A stretch of DNA of 64,000 nt, from contig JBILJV010000002.1 of NCBI GenBank assembly GCA_044377005.1, positions 13,176 through 77,175 of the forward strand, given 5' to 3'. Below are positions 55,701 through 64,000 of this stretch, piece after piece. Source of the DNA: Bacteroidia bacterium. Lineage in GTDB: Bacteria > Bacteroidota > Bacteroidia > NS11-12g > UBA955. The position numbers were made by a program, and so were the translations under genes. Below the pieces are notes generated by a model. It saw only the letters and a list, made by a program, of their open reading frames with translations, did not search any database and was not told where the DNA came from. Positions within the stretch are counted from its first letter, which is position 1; each line of letters opens with the position of its first letter.

Positions 55701-55895
55701 ATGATTTACATAAACGTAAAAGAAAACGAAAGCCTAGAAAAAGCGTTAAAAAAGTACAAGAAAAAGTACGAAAAAGTTGGCGTAGTTAAAGAATTAAGAA
55801 GCAGACAAGCCTTTGAAAAACCATCTATAACCAGAAGAATGGAAATCAAGAAAGCTGCTTACAGAGAATTCGTTCAGAGAGAAGAAGCAAAATAA
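55701..55895 (+). CDS. rpsU: 30S ribosomal protein S21
   Basis: 64 aa, LEKALKKYKKKYEKVGVVKELRSRQAFEKPS. Confidence 0.93.
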   Translation: MIYINVKENESLEKALKKYKKKYEKVGVVKELRSRQAFEKPSITRRMEIKKAAYREFVQREEAK

Positions 55896-55916
55896 TTCAA
55901 AAAAAAATATTAATTT

Positions 55917-55952
55917 AGCGTCCATAATTCAAATTATGGACGCTTTTTATTT
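55917..55952 (+). terminator. Strong intrinsic terminator after rpsU, containing the recombinase start codon in its 3' arm
   Basis: AGCGTCCATAAT-TCAA-ATTATGGACGCT (12 bp, perfect) followed by TTTTTATTT. Confidence 0.8.
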
Positions 55953-56817
55953 ACATCAGTTTTTCGATTACCTTTCTATAGAAAAGCGTTTGTCCAAACA
56001 CACTGTTTTGGCATATTCAAATGACTTAAGTCAATGTCTCAAATGGCTTTCAGAGACCTATGAAATAAAGAAAGTTGATGATATAAGTCATTACTACATT
56101 AGAACATGGTTGGCTTCGTTAATGAATGCTGGATTAGATTCTAAAAGTATTAATAGAAAAATTTCAGCATTAAAAACATACTACAAATATTTATTAAAAC
56201 ATCAGATAGCGGAAAAAAATCCAATGTTAAAAGTGAGTTCTCCTAAAGTTTCAAAAAAATTACCTGTTTTTGTAACAGAGAACAAAATGAATGAAATGTT
56301 AAATGATTTTGAAAATCATTTAACTGAAGAAGATTCACTTGCAGAAGACCTATTATCTACACTTTATCATACAGGAATGCGACTAAGTGAGTTGATTTCA
56401 TTAAAAAAATCAGATATAAATATTTCGCAAATGACCTTAAAGGTATTGGGGAAAGGCAACAAGGAGCGTATCATACCAATGACTAGCGATTTAACTAAGA
56501 TAGTTTCAAAATATCTAAGTTTATCGATAGATTCAGAGTTTTTATATAATACTAAAAAAGGGAAGCAACTTTATCCTAAATTTGTATATAGGTCAGTCAA
56601 TCTTTTATTAAATAAATACACAACAATAAAAAAGAAAAGTCCACATATTTTAAGACATTCAATTGCGACACATTTATTAGAGAATGGAAGTGAATTAAAT
56701 GCGATAAAAGAAATACTAGGACATGCTAATTTATCAGCAACACAAATTTACACACACAATTCTATTGAAAGATTAAAAAAAATATATAATTTAGCACATC
56801 CAAAATCAAAACATTAA
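55936..56817 (+). CDS. XerC/XerD-like tyrosine site-specific recombinase
   Basis: N-terminal core-binding motif FFDYLSIEKRLSKHTVLAYSNDL and catalytic residues in TGMRLSEL, GKGNKER, HILRHSIATHL, LGHANLSATQIYTH. Confidence 0.9.
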   Translation: MDAFYLHQFFDYLSIEKRLSKHTVLAYSNDLSQCLKWLSETYEIKKVDDISHYYIRTWLASLMNAGLDSKSINRKISALKTYYKYLLKHQIAEKNPMLKVSSPKVSKKLPVFVTENKMNEMLNDFENHLTEEDSLAEDLLSTLYHTGMRLSELISLKKSDINISQMTLKVLGKGNKERIIPMTSDLTKIVSKYLSLSIDSEFLYNTKKGKQLYPKFVYRSVNLLLNKYTTIKKKSPHILRHSIATHLLENGSELNAIKEILGHANLSATQIYTHNSIERLKKIYNLAHPKSKH

Positions 56818-56958
56818 CCAATAATTTTATACTTGCTGGTCTTAAACAGATAATAATTAATGATTCCGATTAAAAGTCAAAAGCGAAAACAAATGCTCAA
56901 CATTTCACAAAATAATAAACTAACAACTAATAATAAAACCATTTAACAACAAATCAAT

Positions 56959-57261
56959 ATGGATATTCAATTTCAAACCCCACATTTTAAAGCTGACAAA
57001 AAGCTTTTAGATTTAATTTCTCAAAAATTGAACAAATTAGAACACTTTTATGATAAAATAATTGATGCATCGGTGTTTTTGAAGATAGAAAAGTCGGACG
57101 ACAAAGAAAATAAAGTACTAGAGATTAAAATAAATGTACTAAATGCGACCTTATTTGTAGAGGAAAAGGATAAAACATTTGAGAATGCTTTAGACAAAGC
57201 AGAAGATGCAATAAAAGCTAAGCTTATTAAGTATAAGCAGAAGATTTCACAAGTAAGTTAA
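56959..57261 (+). CDS. hpf: Ribosome hibernation promoting factor / RaiA family (short form)
   Basis: 100 aa, MDIQFQTPHFKADKKLLDLISQKLNKLEHFYDKI... Confidence 0.88.
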   Translation: MDIQFQTPHFKADKKLLDLISQKLNKLEHFYDKIIDASVFLKIEKSDDKENKVLEIKINVLNATLFVEEKDKTFENALDKAEDAIKAKLIKYKQKISQVS

Positions 57262-57446
57262 GCCCAATTTATAAAGTAAAAATACCTTTACAAAAGAGGG
57301 AATAACCAATGATTTAAAGAACTTAAAATATTTTTTTTAAAAAAAAATTAAAAACGCTTTGAAAAGTCAATTTAATTCGCTTTTTTTGCAGTCCTTTTTA
57401 CAAAAATCTAAAGATAGACAGAGTAAAAAAGTCAGTTCTTTAAAAT

Positions 57447-57519
57447 GCCACTTTAGCTCAGCTGGTAGAGCAACTGATTTGTAATCAGTAGGTCGTTGGT
57501 TCGATCCCGACAAGTGGCT
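57447..57519 (+). tRNA. tRNA-Thr (anticodon UGU)
   Basis: Cloverleaf with acceptor GCCACTT/AAGTGGC, anticodon loop TTTGTAA, and T-loop GGTTCGATCC. Confidence 0.92.
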
Positions 57520-57533
57520 CATTGCAATGCATT

Positions 57534-57614
57534 GGGGAGTTTCCAGAGTGGCTAAATGGGACAGACTGTAAATCTGTTGCTTCGGCTTCGGTGGTTCGAA
57601 TCCACCACTCCCCA
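57534..57614 (+). tRNA. tRNA-Tyr (anticodon GUA), long variable arm
   Basis: Acceptor GGGGAGT/ACTCCCC, anticodon loop CTGTAAA, extra arm TGCTTCGGCT, and GGTTCGAATCC. Confidence 0.92.
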
Positions 57615-57667
57615 CTCATTCTTTTATTTATAGAGAATAGAAGTTTGTGAAGATAGGCCTTAAAATT

Positions 57668-57740
57668 GCGGGAGTAGCTCAGTTGGTAGAGCGACAGCCT
57701 TCCAAGCTGTAGGTCGCGGGTTCGAGCCTCGTCTCCCGCT
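57668..57740 (+). tRNA. tRNA-Gly (anticodon UCC)
   Basis: Acceptor GCGGGAG/CTCCCGC, anticodon loop CTTCCAA, and GGTTCGAGCC. Confidence 0.9.
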
Positions 57741-57807
57741 CGCTTTAAGTTGATAGTCAACAAACAAGTGAGTGATTATCAAAGAATGAGCAAAACGACA
57801 AAACATT

Positions 57808-57879
<72 letters not shown>

Positions 57880-57938
57880 CAAAGCAAAAAAAATAGAAAC
57901 ATAACAAAAAAAATAAAATATAATTAAATTTAAAAATC

Positions 57939-59126
57939 ATGGCAAAAGAAACATTTGACCGCTCTAAAGCCCACGTTAACATTGGTACAATTGGCCACGT
58001 TGACCACGGTAAAACTACATTAACAGCTGCTATTACTTCTGTATTGGCAAATGCTGGTTTATCAGAAGCTCGTTCTTTCGATTCTATTGACTCTGCTCCA
58101 GAAGAAAAAGAAAGAGGTATTACAATTAACACTGCGCACGTTGAGTACTCAACTGCTACACGTCACTATGCTCACGTTGACTGTCCAGGTCACGCGGATT
58201 ATGTTAAAAACATGGTAACGGGTGCTGCACAGATGGATGGTGCTATACTAGTTGTTGCTTCTACTGACGGTCCTATGCCACAAACTCGTGAGCACATCCT
58301 ACTTGCTCGTCAGGTTGGTGTACCTCGTCTTGTTGTATTTATGAATAAATGTGACATGGTTGACGATCCAGAATTATTAGACTTAGTAGAAATGGAAATC
58401 CGTGACTTATTAAGTTTCTATAATTTCGATGGTGACAATACTCCAATCATCCGTGGTTCTGCTTTAGGTGGATTAAACGGTGAGCCTATGTGGGTTGAAA
58501 AAATCATGGAATTAATGGCAGCAGTAGACAACTACATTCCAATTCCACCGAGATTAGTTGATCAACCATTCTTGATGCCAATTGAAGACGTTTTCTCAAT
58601 CACTGGTCGTGGTACTGTTGCAACTGGTAGAATTGAAAGAGGTGTTATTAACGTAGGTGAGCCAGTTGATATTATTGGTTTAGGTGATGAAAAACTTTCT
58701 TCAACTGTAACAGGTGTTGAGATGTTTAGAAAATTATTAGATAGAGGTGAAGCTGGTGATAACGCAGGTATCTTATTGAGAGGTATCGATAAAGAAGCTA
58801 TCAAAAGAGGTATGGTTATCTGTAAACCAGGTTCAGTAACTCCACACGCTAAATTCAAAGCTGAAGTATACGTATTAAGTAAAGAAGAAGGTGGAAGACA
58901 TACTCCATTCTTTAACAAATATCGTCCTCAATTCTATTTCCGTACCACTGACATTACAGGTGAAGTTTCATTACCAGAAGGTGTTGAAATGTGTATGCCG
59001 GGTGATAACATCACTATTACTGTTCAATTAATTGCTCCTATCGCGATGGAAAAAACTTTACGTTTTGCAATCCGTGAAGGTGGTAGAACAATTGGTGCTG
59101 GTCAAGTAACTGAAATTTTAGATTAA
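57939..59126 (+). CDS. tuf: Elongation factor Tu
   Basis: [27 protein letters not shown], 395 aa. Confidence 0.98.
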   Translation: MAKETFDRSKAHVNIGTIGHVDHGKTTLTAAITSVLANAGLSEARSFDSIDSAPEEKERGITINTAHVEYSTATRHYAHVDCPGHADYVKNMVTGAAQMDGAILVVASTDGPMPQTREHILLARQVGVPRLVVFMNKCDMVDDPELLDLVEMEIRDLLSFYNFDGDNTPIIRGSALGGLNGEPMWVEKIMELMAAVDNYIPIPPRLVDQPFLMPIEDVFSITGRGTVATGRIERGVINVGEPVDIIGLGDEKLSSTVTGVEMFRKLLDRGEAGDNAGILLRGIDKEAIKRGMVICKPGSVTPHAKFKAEVYVLSKEEGGRHTPFFNKYRPQFYFRTTDITGEVSLPEGVEMCMPGDNITITVQLIAPIAMEKTLRFAIREGGRTIGAGQVTEILD

Positions 59127-59154
59127 TTTCACTGAAATAATAAATTATTCAAAG

Positions 59155-59185
59155 GCTGTTGGTTGAAACACACTAACAGCTTTTG
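59155..59185 (+). terminator. Terminator/attenuator hairpin after tuf
   Basis: GCTGTTGGT-(8 nt)-ACTAACAGC (one G-T pair) followed by TTTT. tRNA-Trp starts 7 nt later. Confidence 0.55.
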
Positions 59186-59191
59186 ACATAG

Positions 59192-59262
59192 ACGGGAATA
59201 GTTCAATGGTAGAATAGAGGTCTCCAAAACCTTTGATCAGGGTTCGAATCCTTGTTCCCGTG
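59192..59262 (+). tRNA. tRNA-Trp (anticodon CCA)
   Basis: Acceptor ACGGGAA/TTCCCGT, anticodon loop CTCCAAA, and GGTTCGAATCC. Confidence 0.9.
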
Positions 59263-59278
59263 CAAAAAAAATAAAAGA

Positions 59279-59473
59279 ATGGAAAAAATTAAAAATCTTT
59301 GGAATAGTTCAGTTGATGAATTGCTTAACAAAGTATCTTGGCCAACTTGGGATCAATTAAGAGAAAGTGCAGTTATTGTACTTATATCATCTATAATTTT
59401 TGCAGTATTTTTAATGCTTTTGGATTATGGAATTGGTTTTGGCTTAGACTTTTTATACGGAGTAACTAAATAA
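59279..59473 (+). CDS. secE: Preprotein translocase subunit SecE
   Basis: The ATG at 59279 gives a 64-aa protein, ...ELLNKVSWPTWDQLRESAVIVLISSIIFAVFLMLLD. The longer ORF-track form overlaps tRNA-Trp. Confidence 0.9.
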   Translation: MEKIKNLWNSSVDELLNKVSWPTWDQLRESAVIVLISSIIFAVFLMLLDYGIGFGLDFLYGVTK

Positions 59474-60015
59474 TGGAAGTAACAGATTTACAATGGTATG
59501 TTGTCCGTGCTGTTTCTGGACAAGAAAAAAAAGTTAAGGCTAATTTAGAAAGTGAGTTGATAAAAGGTAAACTTACTGAATTTGTGCCTCAAATTTTAAT
59601 ACCAATGGAAAAGGTTTATAAAATAAAAGATGGTAAAAAAGTTGCCAAAGAACGCAATTATTTTCCAGGATATATTTTGATACAAGCCAAATTTTTTGGT
59701 GAAGTTGAAGCAACCATCAAAGGTATCAATGGTGTAGTAGGTTTTTTAGGAACAAAAGACAAACCTGTGCCATTAAGACAATCAGAAGTAAACAGAATAT
59801 TAGGTAATGCAGATGAAAACGGAACAATACAGTCCGATGTTGCAGAACCATATATAGTTGGAGAAGCTATTAAAGTTACTGATGGTCCATTTAGTGGTTT
59901 CAGTGGAGTAATAGAAGAAGTGAATGACGAGAAAAAGAAATTAAAAGTAATGGTAAAAATCTTTGGAAGAAGAACTCCACTAGAATTAAACTACAATCAA
60001 GTAGAAAAAGAATAA
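59473..60015 (+). CDS. nusG: Transcription termination/antitermination factor NusG
   Basis: WYVVRAVSGQEKKV, YFPGYILI, and KOW region GEAIKVTDGPFSGFSGVIEEV. Confidence 0.95.
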   Translation: MEVTDLQWYVVRAVSGQEKKVKANLESELIKGKLTEFVPQILIPMEKVYKIKDGKKVAKERNYFPGYILIQAKFFGEVEATIKGINGVVGFLGTKDKPVPLRQSEVNRILGNADENGTIQSDVAEPYIVGEAIKVTDGPFSGFSGVIEEVNDEKKKLKVMVKIFGRRTPLELNYNQVEKE

Positions 60016-60036
60016 AGAAAAAACACAATATATAAT

Positions 60037-60474
60037 ATGGCAAAAGAAATAACAGGTTATGTAAAATTGCAAGTAAAAGGCGGACAAGCAAATCCCGCAC
60101 CTCCCATTGGACCTGCATTGGGCTCAAAAGGTGTAAACATTATGGAATTTTGTAAACAATTTAATGGTCGTACACAAGATAGAATGGGTAAAGTATTACC
60201 GGTTGTATTAACAGTATACTCCGATAAATCGTTTGATTTCATTATCAAAACACCACCAGTTGCAACACAAATTTTAGAAGCAACCAAAGCTGCAAAAGGT
60301 TCTGCTGAACCAAATCGTAAAAAAGTAGCGGAATTGACTTGGGATCAAGTTAAAACCATTGCTGAAGAAAAAATGCCTGACTTAAATTGTTTCAACGTAG
60401 AATCTGCAATGAACATGGTCGCTGGTACAGCAAGAAGTATGGGTATAACAATAGCAGGAGATAAACCTTTTTAA
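60037..60474 (+). CDS. rplK: 50S ribosomal protein L11
   Basis: [35 protein letters not shown]. Confidence 0.97.
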   Translation: MAKEITGYVKLQVKGGQANPAPPIGPALGSKGVNIMEFCKQFNGRTQDRMGKVLPVVLTVYSDKSFDFIIKTPPVATQILEATKAAKGSAEPNRKKVAELTWDQVKTIAEEKMPDLNCFNVESAMNMVAGTARSMGITIAGDKPF

Positions 60475-60492
60475 CAATTTATTAGAAAACAA

Positions 60493-61188
60493 ATGGCACT
60501 TACAAAGAATAGAAAAAAAGTTATTGGAAATGTAGATAGTTCAAAAGTTTATTCACTTTCTGAAGCTACAAACCTTTTAAAAGGTATAACATTTACAAAA
60601 TTCGATTCATCAGTAGATATCGACGTAAGATTAGGAGTTGATCCAAAACAAGCTAATCAAATGGTAAGAGGTGTTGCTACACTTCCTCATGGTACAGGTA
60701 AAACTGTAAGAGTATTAGTTCTTTGCACTCCCGATAAAGAAGCTGAAGCAAAAGCTGCTGGAGCTGATTACGTTGGTTTAGATGACTATATCGATAAAAT
60801 TAGCAACGGTTGGTTAGACATTGACATAATAATTACCATGCCTGCTGTAATGGCAAAACTTGGTAGATTAGGAAAAATATTGGGTCCACGTAACTTAATG
60901 CCAAATCCTAAATCAGGAACTGTTACTCCTGATGTGGCAAAAGCAGTGACTGAAGTAAAAGCTGGTAAAATCGACTTTAAAGTTGATAAAACTGGAATTA
61001 TTCATACTTCAATCGGTAAAGTTAGCTTCCAACCCAATCAAATCGCTGAGAATGCTGTAGAGATTATGCAAACTCTTAGCAAGCTTAAGCCCTCTGCTTC
61101 TAAAGGGACTTATTTCAAAAGCGTATACATAAGCTCAACTATGAGTCCTAGTATTTGCATAGACATCAAATCAATTCCAGGAATTTAA
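60493..61188 (+). CDS. rplA: 50S ribosomal protein L1
   Basis: [24 protein letters not shown] and [16 protein letters not shown]. Confidence 0.97.
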   Translation: MALTKNRKKVIGNVDSSKVYSLSEATNLLKGITFTKFDSSVDIDVRLGVDPKQANQMVRGVATLPHGTGKTVRVLVLCTPDKEAEAKAAGADYVGLDDYIDKISNGWLDIDIIITMPAVMAKLGRLGKILGPRNLMPNPKSGTVTPDVAKAVTEVKAGKIDFKVDKTGIIHTSIGKVSFQPNQIAENAVEIMQTLSKLKPSASKGTYFKSVYISSTMSPSICIDIKSIPGI

Positions 61189-61197
61189 TCTACTTAA

Positions 61198-61716
61198 ATG
61201 AAAAGAGAAGAAAAAAACGCAGTTATTGCCGAATTAACAGAAAAGTTCAATTCAGTAAATTCATTGTACATTGCCGATACATCTAGTATTGGAGCAATTG
61301 ATACAAATCACTTCAGAAGAGAGCTTTACAAAAACGGTATTACAATGCTAATCGCTAAAAACACCTTGATTTTGAAAGCGATGCGTAATTCAGGTAAAGA
61401 TTTTGGTGAATTAGAGGGAGCTCTTAAAGGTACTTCTGCATTGTTATTTAGTGAAAACTTTAAAGCACCAGCTCAAGCTATCTTGAAGTTCAGAAAAAAA
61501 GGAGATAAACCCAAATTAAAAGGAGCCTATGTAGATAGCGCAATTTTTATTGGCGATAATCAACTTGAAGCTCTAAGTCAACTTAAATCTAAAGAAGACT
61601 TGGTAGGAGATATCATTGGAATGCTCCAATCTCCTGCACAAAACGTTATCTCAGCTTTGCAAAGCAGTGGTGGAACAATCGCAGGTATTGTTAAAACATT
61701 ATCAGAAAAAAATTAA
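61198..61716 (+). CDS. rplJ: 50S ribosomal protein L10
   Basis: Position between rplA and rplL. 172 aa with LRRELYKNGITMLIAKNTL. Confidence 0.93.
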   Translation: MKREEKNAVIAELTEKFNSVNSLYIADTSSIGAIDTNHFRRELYKNGITMLIAKNTLILKAMRNSGKDFGELEGALKGTSALLFSENFKAPAQAILKFRKKGDKPKLKGAYVDSAIFIGDNQLEALSQLKSKEDLVGDIIGMLQSPAQNVISALQSSGGTIAGIVKTLSEKN

Positions 61717-61747
61717 TCAAACAAACAAAAATTAAAAAATCAAAAAA

Positions 61748-62119
61748 ATGGCAGATTTAAAACAATTCGCAGAACAACTAGTAAATCTAACAGTTAAAGA
61801 AGTAAAAGAACTAGCAGACATTTTAAAAAATGACTACGGTATCGAACCAGCAGCAGCAGCAGTTGCAGTAGCAGCGCCAGCAGCAGCAGCAGAAGCAGCA
61901 GCAGAAAAAACAGAATTCACAGTAACTCTTAAAAATGCTGGTGCAAACAAACTTCAAATCGTTAAATTAGTTAAAGATTTAACTGGTTTAGGCTTGAAAG
62001 AAGCAAAAGAATTAGTAGACGGAGCTCCAAAACCTGTAAAAGAAAATATATCAAAAGCAGAAGCTGAAGATATCAAAAATAAACTTACAGAAGCTGGCGC
62101 AGAAGTTGAAATCGCTTAA
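61748..62119 (+). CDS. rplL: 50S ribosomal protein L7/L12
   Basis: Ala-rich hinge [19 protein letters not shown] and C-terminal domain [22 protein letters not shown]. Confidence 0.97.
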   Translation: MADLKQFAEQLVNLTVKEVKELADILKNDYGIEPAAAAVAVAAPAAAAEAAAEKTEFTVTLKNAGANKLQIVKLVKDLTGLGLKEAKELVDGAPKPVKENISKAEAEDIKNKLTEAGAEVEIA

Positions 62120-62148
62120 TTCTACATATTTAATCCTATAACGCCAAT

Positions 62149-62187
62149 AGACCCACTCAAACCGATGGGTCTTTTGGTGTTTTTTTA
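62149..62187 (+). terminator. rplL-rpoB intergenic attenuator/terminator hairpin
   Basis: AGACCCA-(10 nt)-TGGGTCT followed by TTTGGTGTTTTTTT. Confidence 0.65.
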
Positions 62188-62241
62188 CATTTTCCATAAA
62201 ATCGGTTTAAAAAAAACATAACAATAATTAATTTTACAAAA

Positions 62242-64000
62242 TTGGCAACAAAAGTAAAACAACCAAAAAGAATCAACTTTGGCTCTATTGATAAAGTCGT
62301 TGATTACCCAGATTTTCTTGATGTTCAGTTACAATCTTTTAAGGAATTTTTTCAGTTAGAAACTCACGTTGATAAAAGAACCGACGAAGGTTTGTTCAAA
62401 GTGTTTCAAGAAAATTTCCCAATTAATGACACAAGAAATATATTCACATTAGAATTTTTAGATTATTTCGTAGATCCACCAAGATACTCTATACAAGAAT
62501 GTATCGAAAGAGGATTAACTTATTCAGTGCCGTTTAAAGCAAAATTAAAACTATCTTGTAACGACCCTGAACATGAGGATTTTGAAACAATTGTTCAAGA
62601 TGTTTATCTTGGTACAATTCCATACATGACTCCTAGCGGAACCTTTGTAATAAATGGTGCTGAAAGAGTTATCGTTTCTCAATTACACCGTTCCCCAGGC
62701 GTTTTCTTCGGACAATCTTACCATACTAATGGTACTAAATTGTATTCAGCAAGAGTAATTCCATTTAAAGGTTCTTGGATTGAGTTCGCGACTGACGTTA
62801 ATAATGTCATGTATGCTTATATTGATAGAAAGAAAAAATTCCCAGTAACAACTCTTTTAAGAGCTATTGGGTTTGAGACAGATAAAGACATTCTTAATAT
62901 CTTCGGTTTGGCTGAAGAAGTTAAAGTTTCTAAATCTGGATTAAAAAAACATATTGGTCGAAAACTTTCTGCGAGAGTTTTACGAACTTGGGTTGAAGAT
63001 TTTGTGGATGAGGATACCGGTGAGGTTGTATCTATCGAACGTAACGAAGTTATTATCGAACGTGATACTATCTTGGAAAATTCACATATTGATGAAATCG
63101 TTGATGCAGGTGTAAAAACAATTATATTAAATAAAGAAGAAGAAGGAAAGAATGATTTTTCAATTATCTATAATACATTACAAAAAGATGCTTCTAACAA
63201 TGGAAAAGAAGCGGTAGAGTTAATTTATAGACAATTAAGAAATACTGATCCACCAGATGAGGAAACAGCTCGTGGTATCATTGAAAGATTATTTTTCTCT
63301 GACAAACGTTATGATTTAGGTGAGGTTGGTCGTTTCAGAATCAATAAAAAACTTAACTTAACCACAAGTATGGATGTTAAGATATTAACGAATGAAGACA
63401 TTATTAAAATCATAACTTACCTAATTGAATTGAGTAATAGCCGTTCTGAAGTAGATGATATTGACCACTTAAGTAACAGACGTGTAAGAACAGTAGGTGA
63501 ACAATTGTATGCACAGTTTGGTGTTGGATTAGCACGTATGGCTAGAACTATTCGTGAAAAAATGAACATCCGTGATAATGAAGTATTCACTCCAACTGAT
63601 TTGATTAACGCTCGTTCTTTGTCTTCTGTTATTAATTCATTCTTTGGAACTAACCAATTATCTCAGTTCATGGATCAAACCAATCCATTGGCAGAAATTA
63701 CACACAAAAGAAGAATGTCTGCACTCGGACCTGGTGGTTTGAGCAGAGAAAGAGCTGGTTTTGAAGTACGTGACGTTCACTATACCCACTATGGTAGATT
63801 ATGTACGATTGAAACACCTGAGGGACCAAACATTGGTTTGATTTCTTCTCTATGTGTTCATGCAAAAATAAATAGTATGGGCTTTATTGAAACACCTTAT
63901 TGGCCAGTAGAAAATGGTCGTGTAGCTTTTGATAAACCTGTTGTATATTTAAGTGCTGAAGAAGAAGATGGAAACGTAATTGCACAATGTAATGTTGATA
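62242..64000 (+). CDS. rpoB: DNA-directed RNA polymerase subunit beta, N-terminal ~586 aa (partial, runs off the window end)
   Basis: Absent from the ORF track because there is no stop in the window. Hand translation gives (M)[36 protein letters not shown]..., [11 protein letters not shown], ...[33 protein letters not shown]. The TTG at 62242 is the first canonical start after the in-frame TAA at 62197. Confidence 0.95.
   Translation, partial: MATKVKQPKRINFGSIDKVVDYPDFLDVQLQSFKEFFQLETHVDKRTDEGLFKVFQENFPINDTRNIFTLEFLDYFVDPPRYSIQECIERGLTYSVPFKAKLKLSCNDPEHEDFETIVQDVYLGTIPYMTPSGTFVINGAERVIVSQLHRSPGVFFGQSYHTNGTKLYSARVIPFKGSWIEFATDVNNVMYAYIDRKKKFPVTTLLRAIGFETDKDILNIFGLAEEVKVSKSGLKKHIGRKLSARVLRTWVEDFVDEDTGEVVSIERNEVIIERDTILENSHIDEIVDAGVKTIILNKEEEGKNDFSIIYNTLQKDASNNGKEAVELIYRQLRNTDPPDEETARGIIERLFFSDKRYDLGEVGRFRINKKLNLTTSMDVKILTNEDIIKIITYLIELSNSRSEVDDIDHLSNRRVRTVGEQLYAQFGVGLARMARTIREKMNIRDNEVFTPTDLINARSLSSVINSFFGTNQLSQFMDQTNPLAEITHKRRMSALGPGGLSRERAGFEVRDVHYTHYGRLCTIETPEGPNIGLISSLCVHAKINSMGFIETPYWPVENGRVAFDKPVVYLSAEEEDGNVIAQCNVD

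Noticed and set aside
55936-56817. The tyrosine recombinase as a marker of an integrated mobile element.
   Set aside because: It is flanked on both sides by core translation genes (rpsU and hpf/tRNAs/tuf), an arrangement common in Bacteroidota. There are no flanking direct repeats, cargo genes or compositional break. It is more likely the chromosomal Xer-type recombinase.
61850-61915. A GCA/GCAGCA-rich tandem-like repeat.
   Set aside because: It encodes the Ala-rich flexible hinge of L7/L12 ([19 protein letters not shown]), which is a normal feature of rplL.

Overview
This is an AT-rich chromosomal segment that I assign to Bacteroidota. The evidence is many TAnnTTTG -7 promoter boxes, a T9SS C-terminal sorting domain, envelope proteins of the DUF5686, DUF2147 and YceI types, and the gene order rpsU, xer, hpf, tRNAs, tuf, tRNA-Trp, secE, nusG, rplKAJL, rpoB.

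The content is mostly core genes:
- Central metabolism: gap, pfkA, pckA, a 2-oxoacid dehydrogenase E2, dapF, pyrG, kdsB, ribBA, acyl-CoA dehydrogenase.
- Information processing: alaS, recN, rlmH, a CCA-type nucleotidyltransferase, rpsT, rpsU, hpf, tuf, secE, nusG, rplK/A/J/L, and the 5' part of rpoB.
- Six tRNAs.
- A partial CzcA-type RND pump at the left edge.
- Several tightly packed operons of uncharacterised envelope proteins.

I found no rRNA, CRISPR array, transposase, phage block or recognisable defence system, and nothing I can defend as a clearly novel system.

The items most worth a second look:
1. gcvP is split by a one-base frameshift.
2. The rpsU terminator hairpin contains the start codon of the xerC/D-like recombinase.
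3. A 17-nt identical block is shared by the rpsT and tRNA-operon promoters.
4. A DtxR-family regulator sits divergent from a TonB-dependent receptor, with a palindromic candidate operator between them.
5. Two four-gene envelope operons have unknown function (12079-14399 and 43003-46798).
6. A CGGTTTAAAA motif is clustered in the long ribBA upstream region, where I could not recognise an FMN riboswitch.
7. Many genes have the -7 box only 4-7 nt from the start codon, which implies leaderless mRNAs.

All family calls come from reading the translations by eye. No searches were run.
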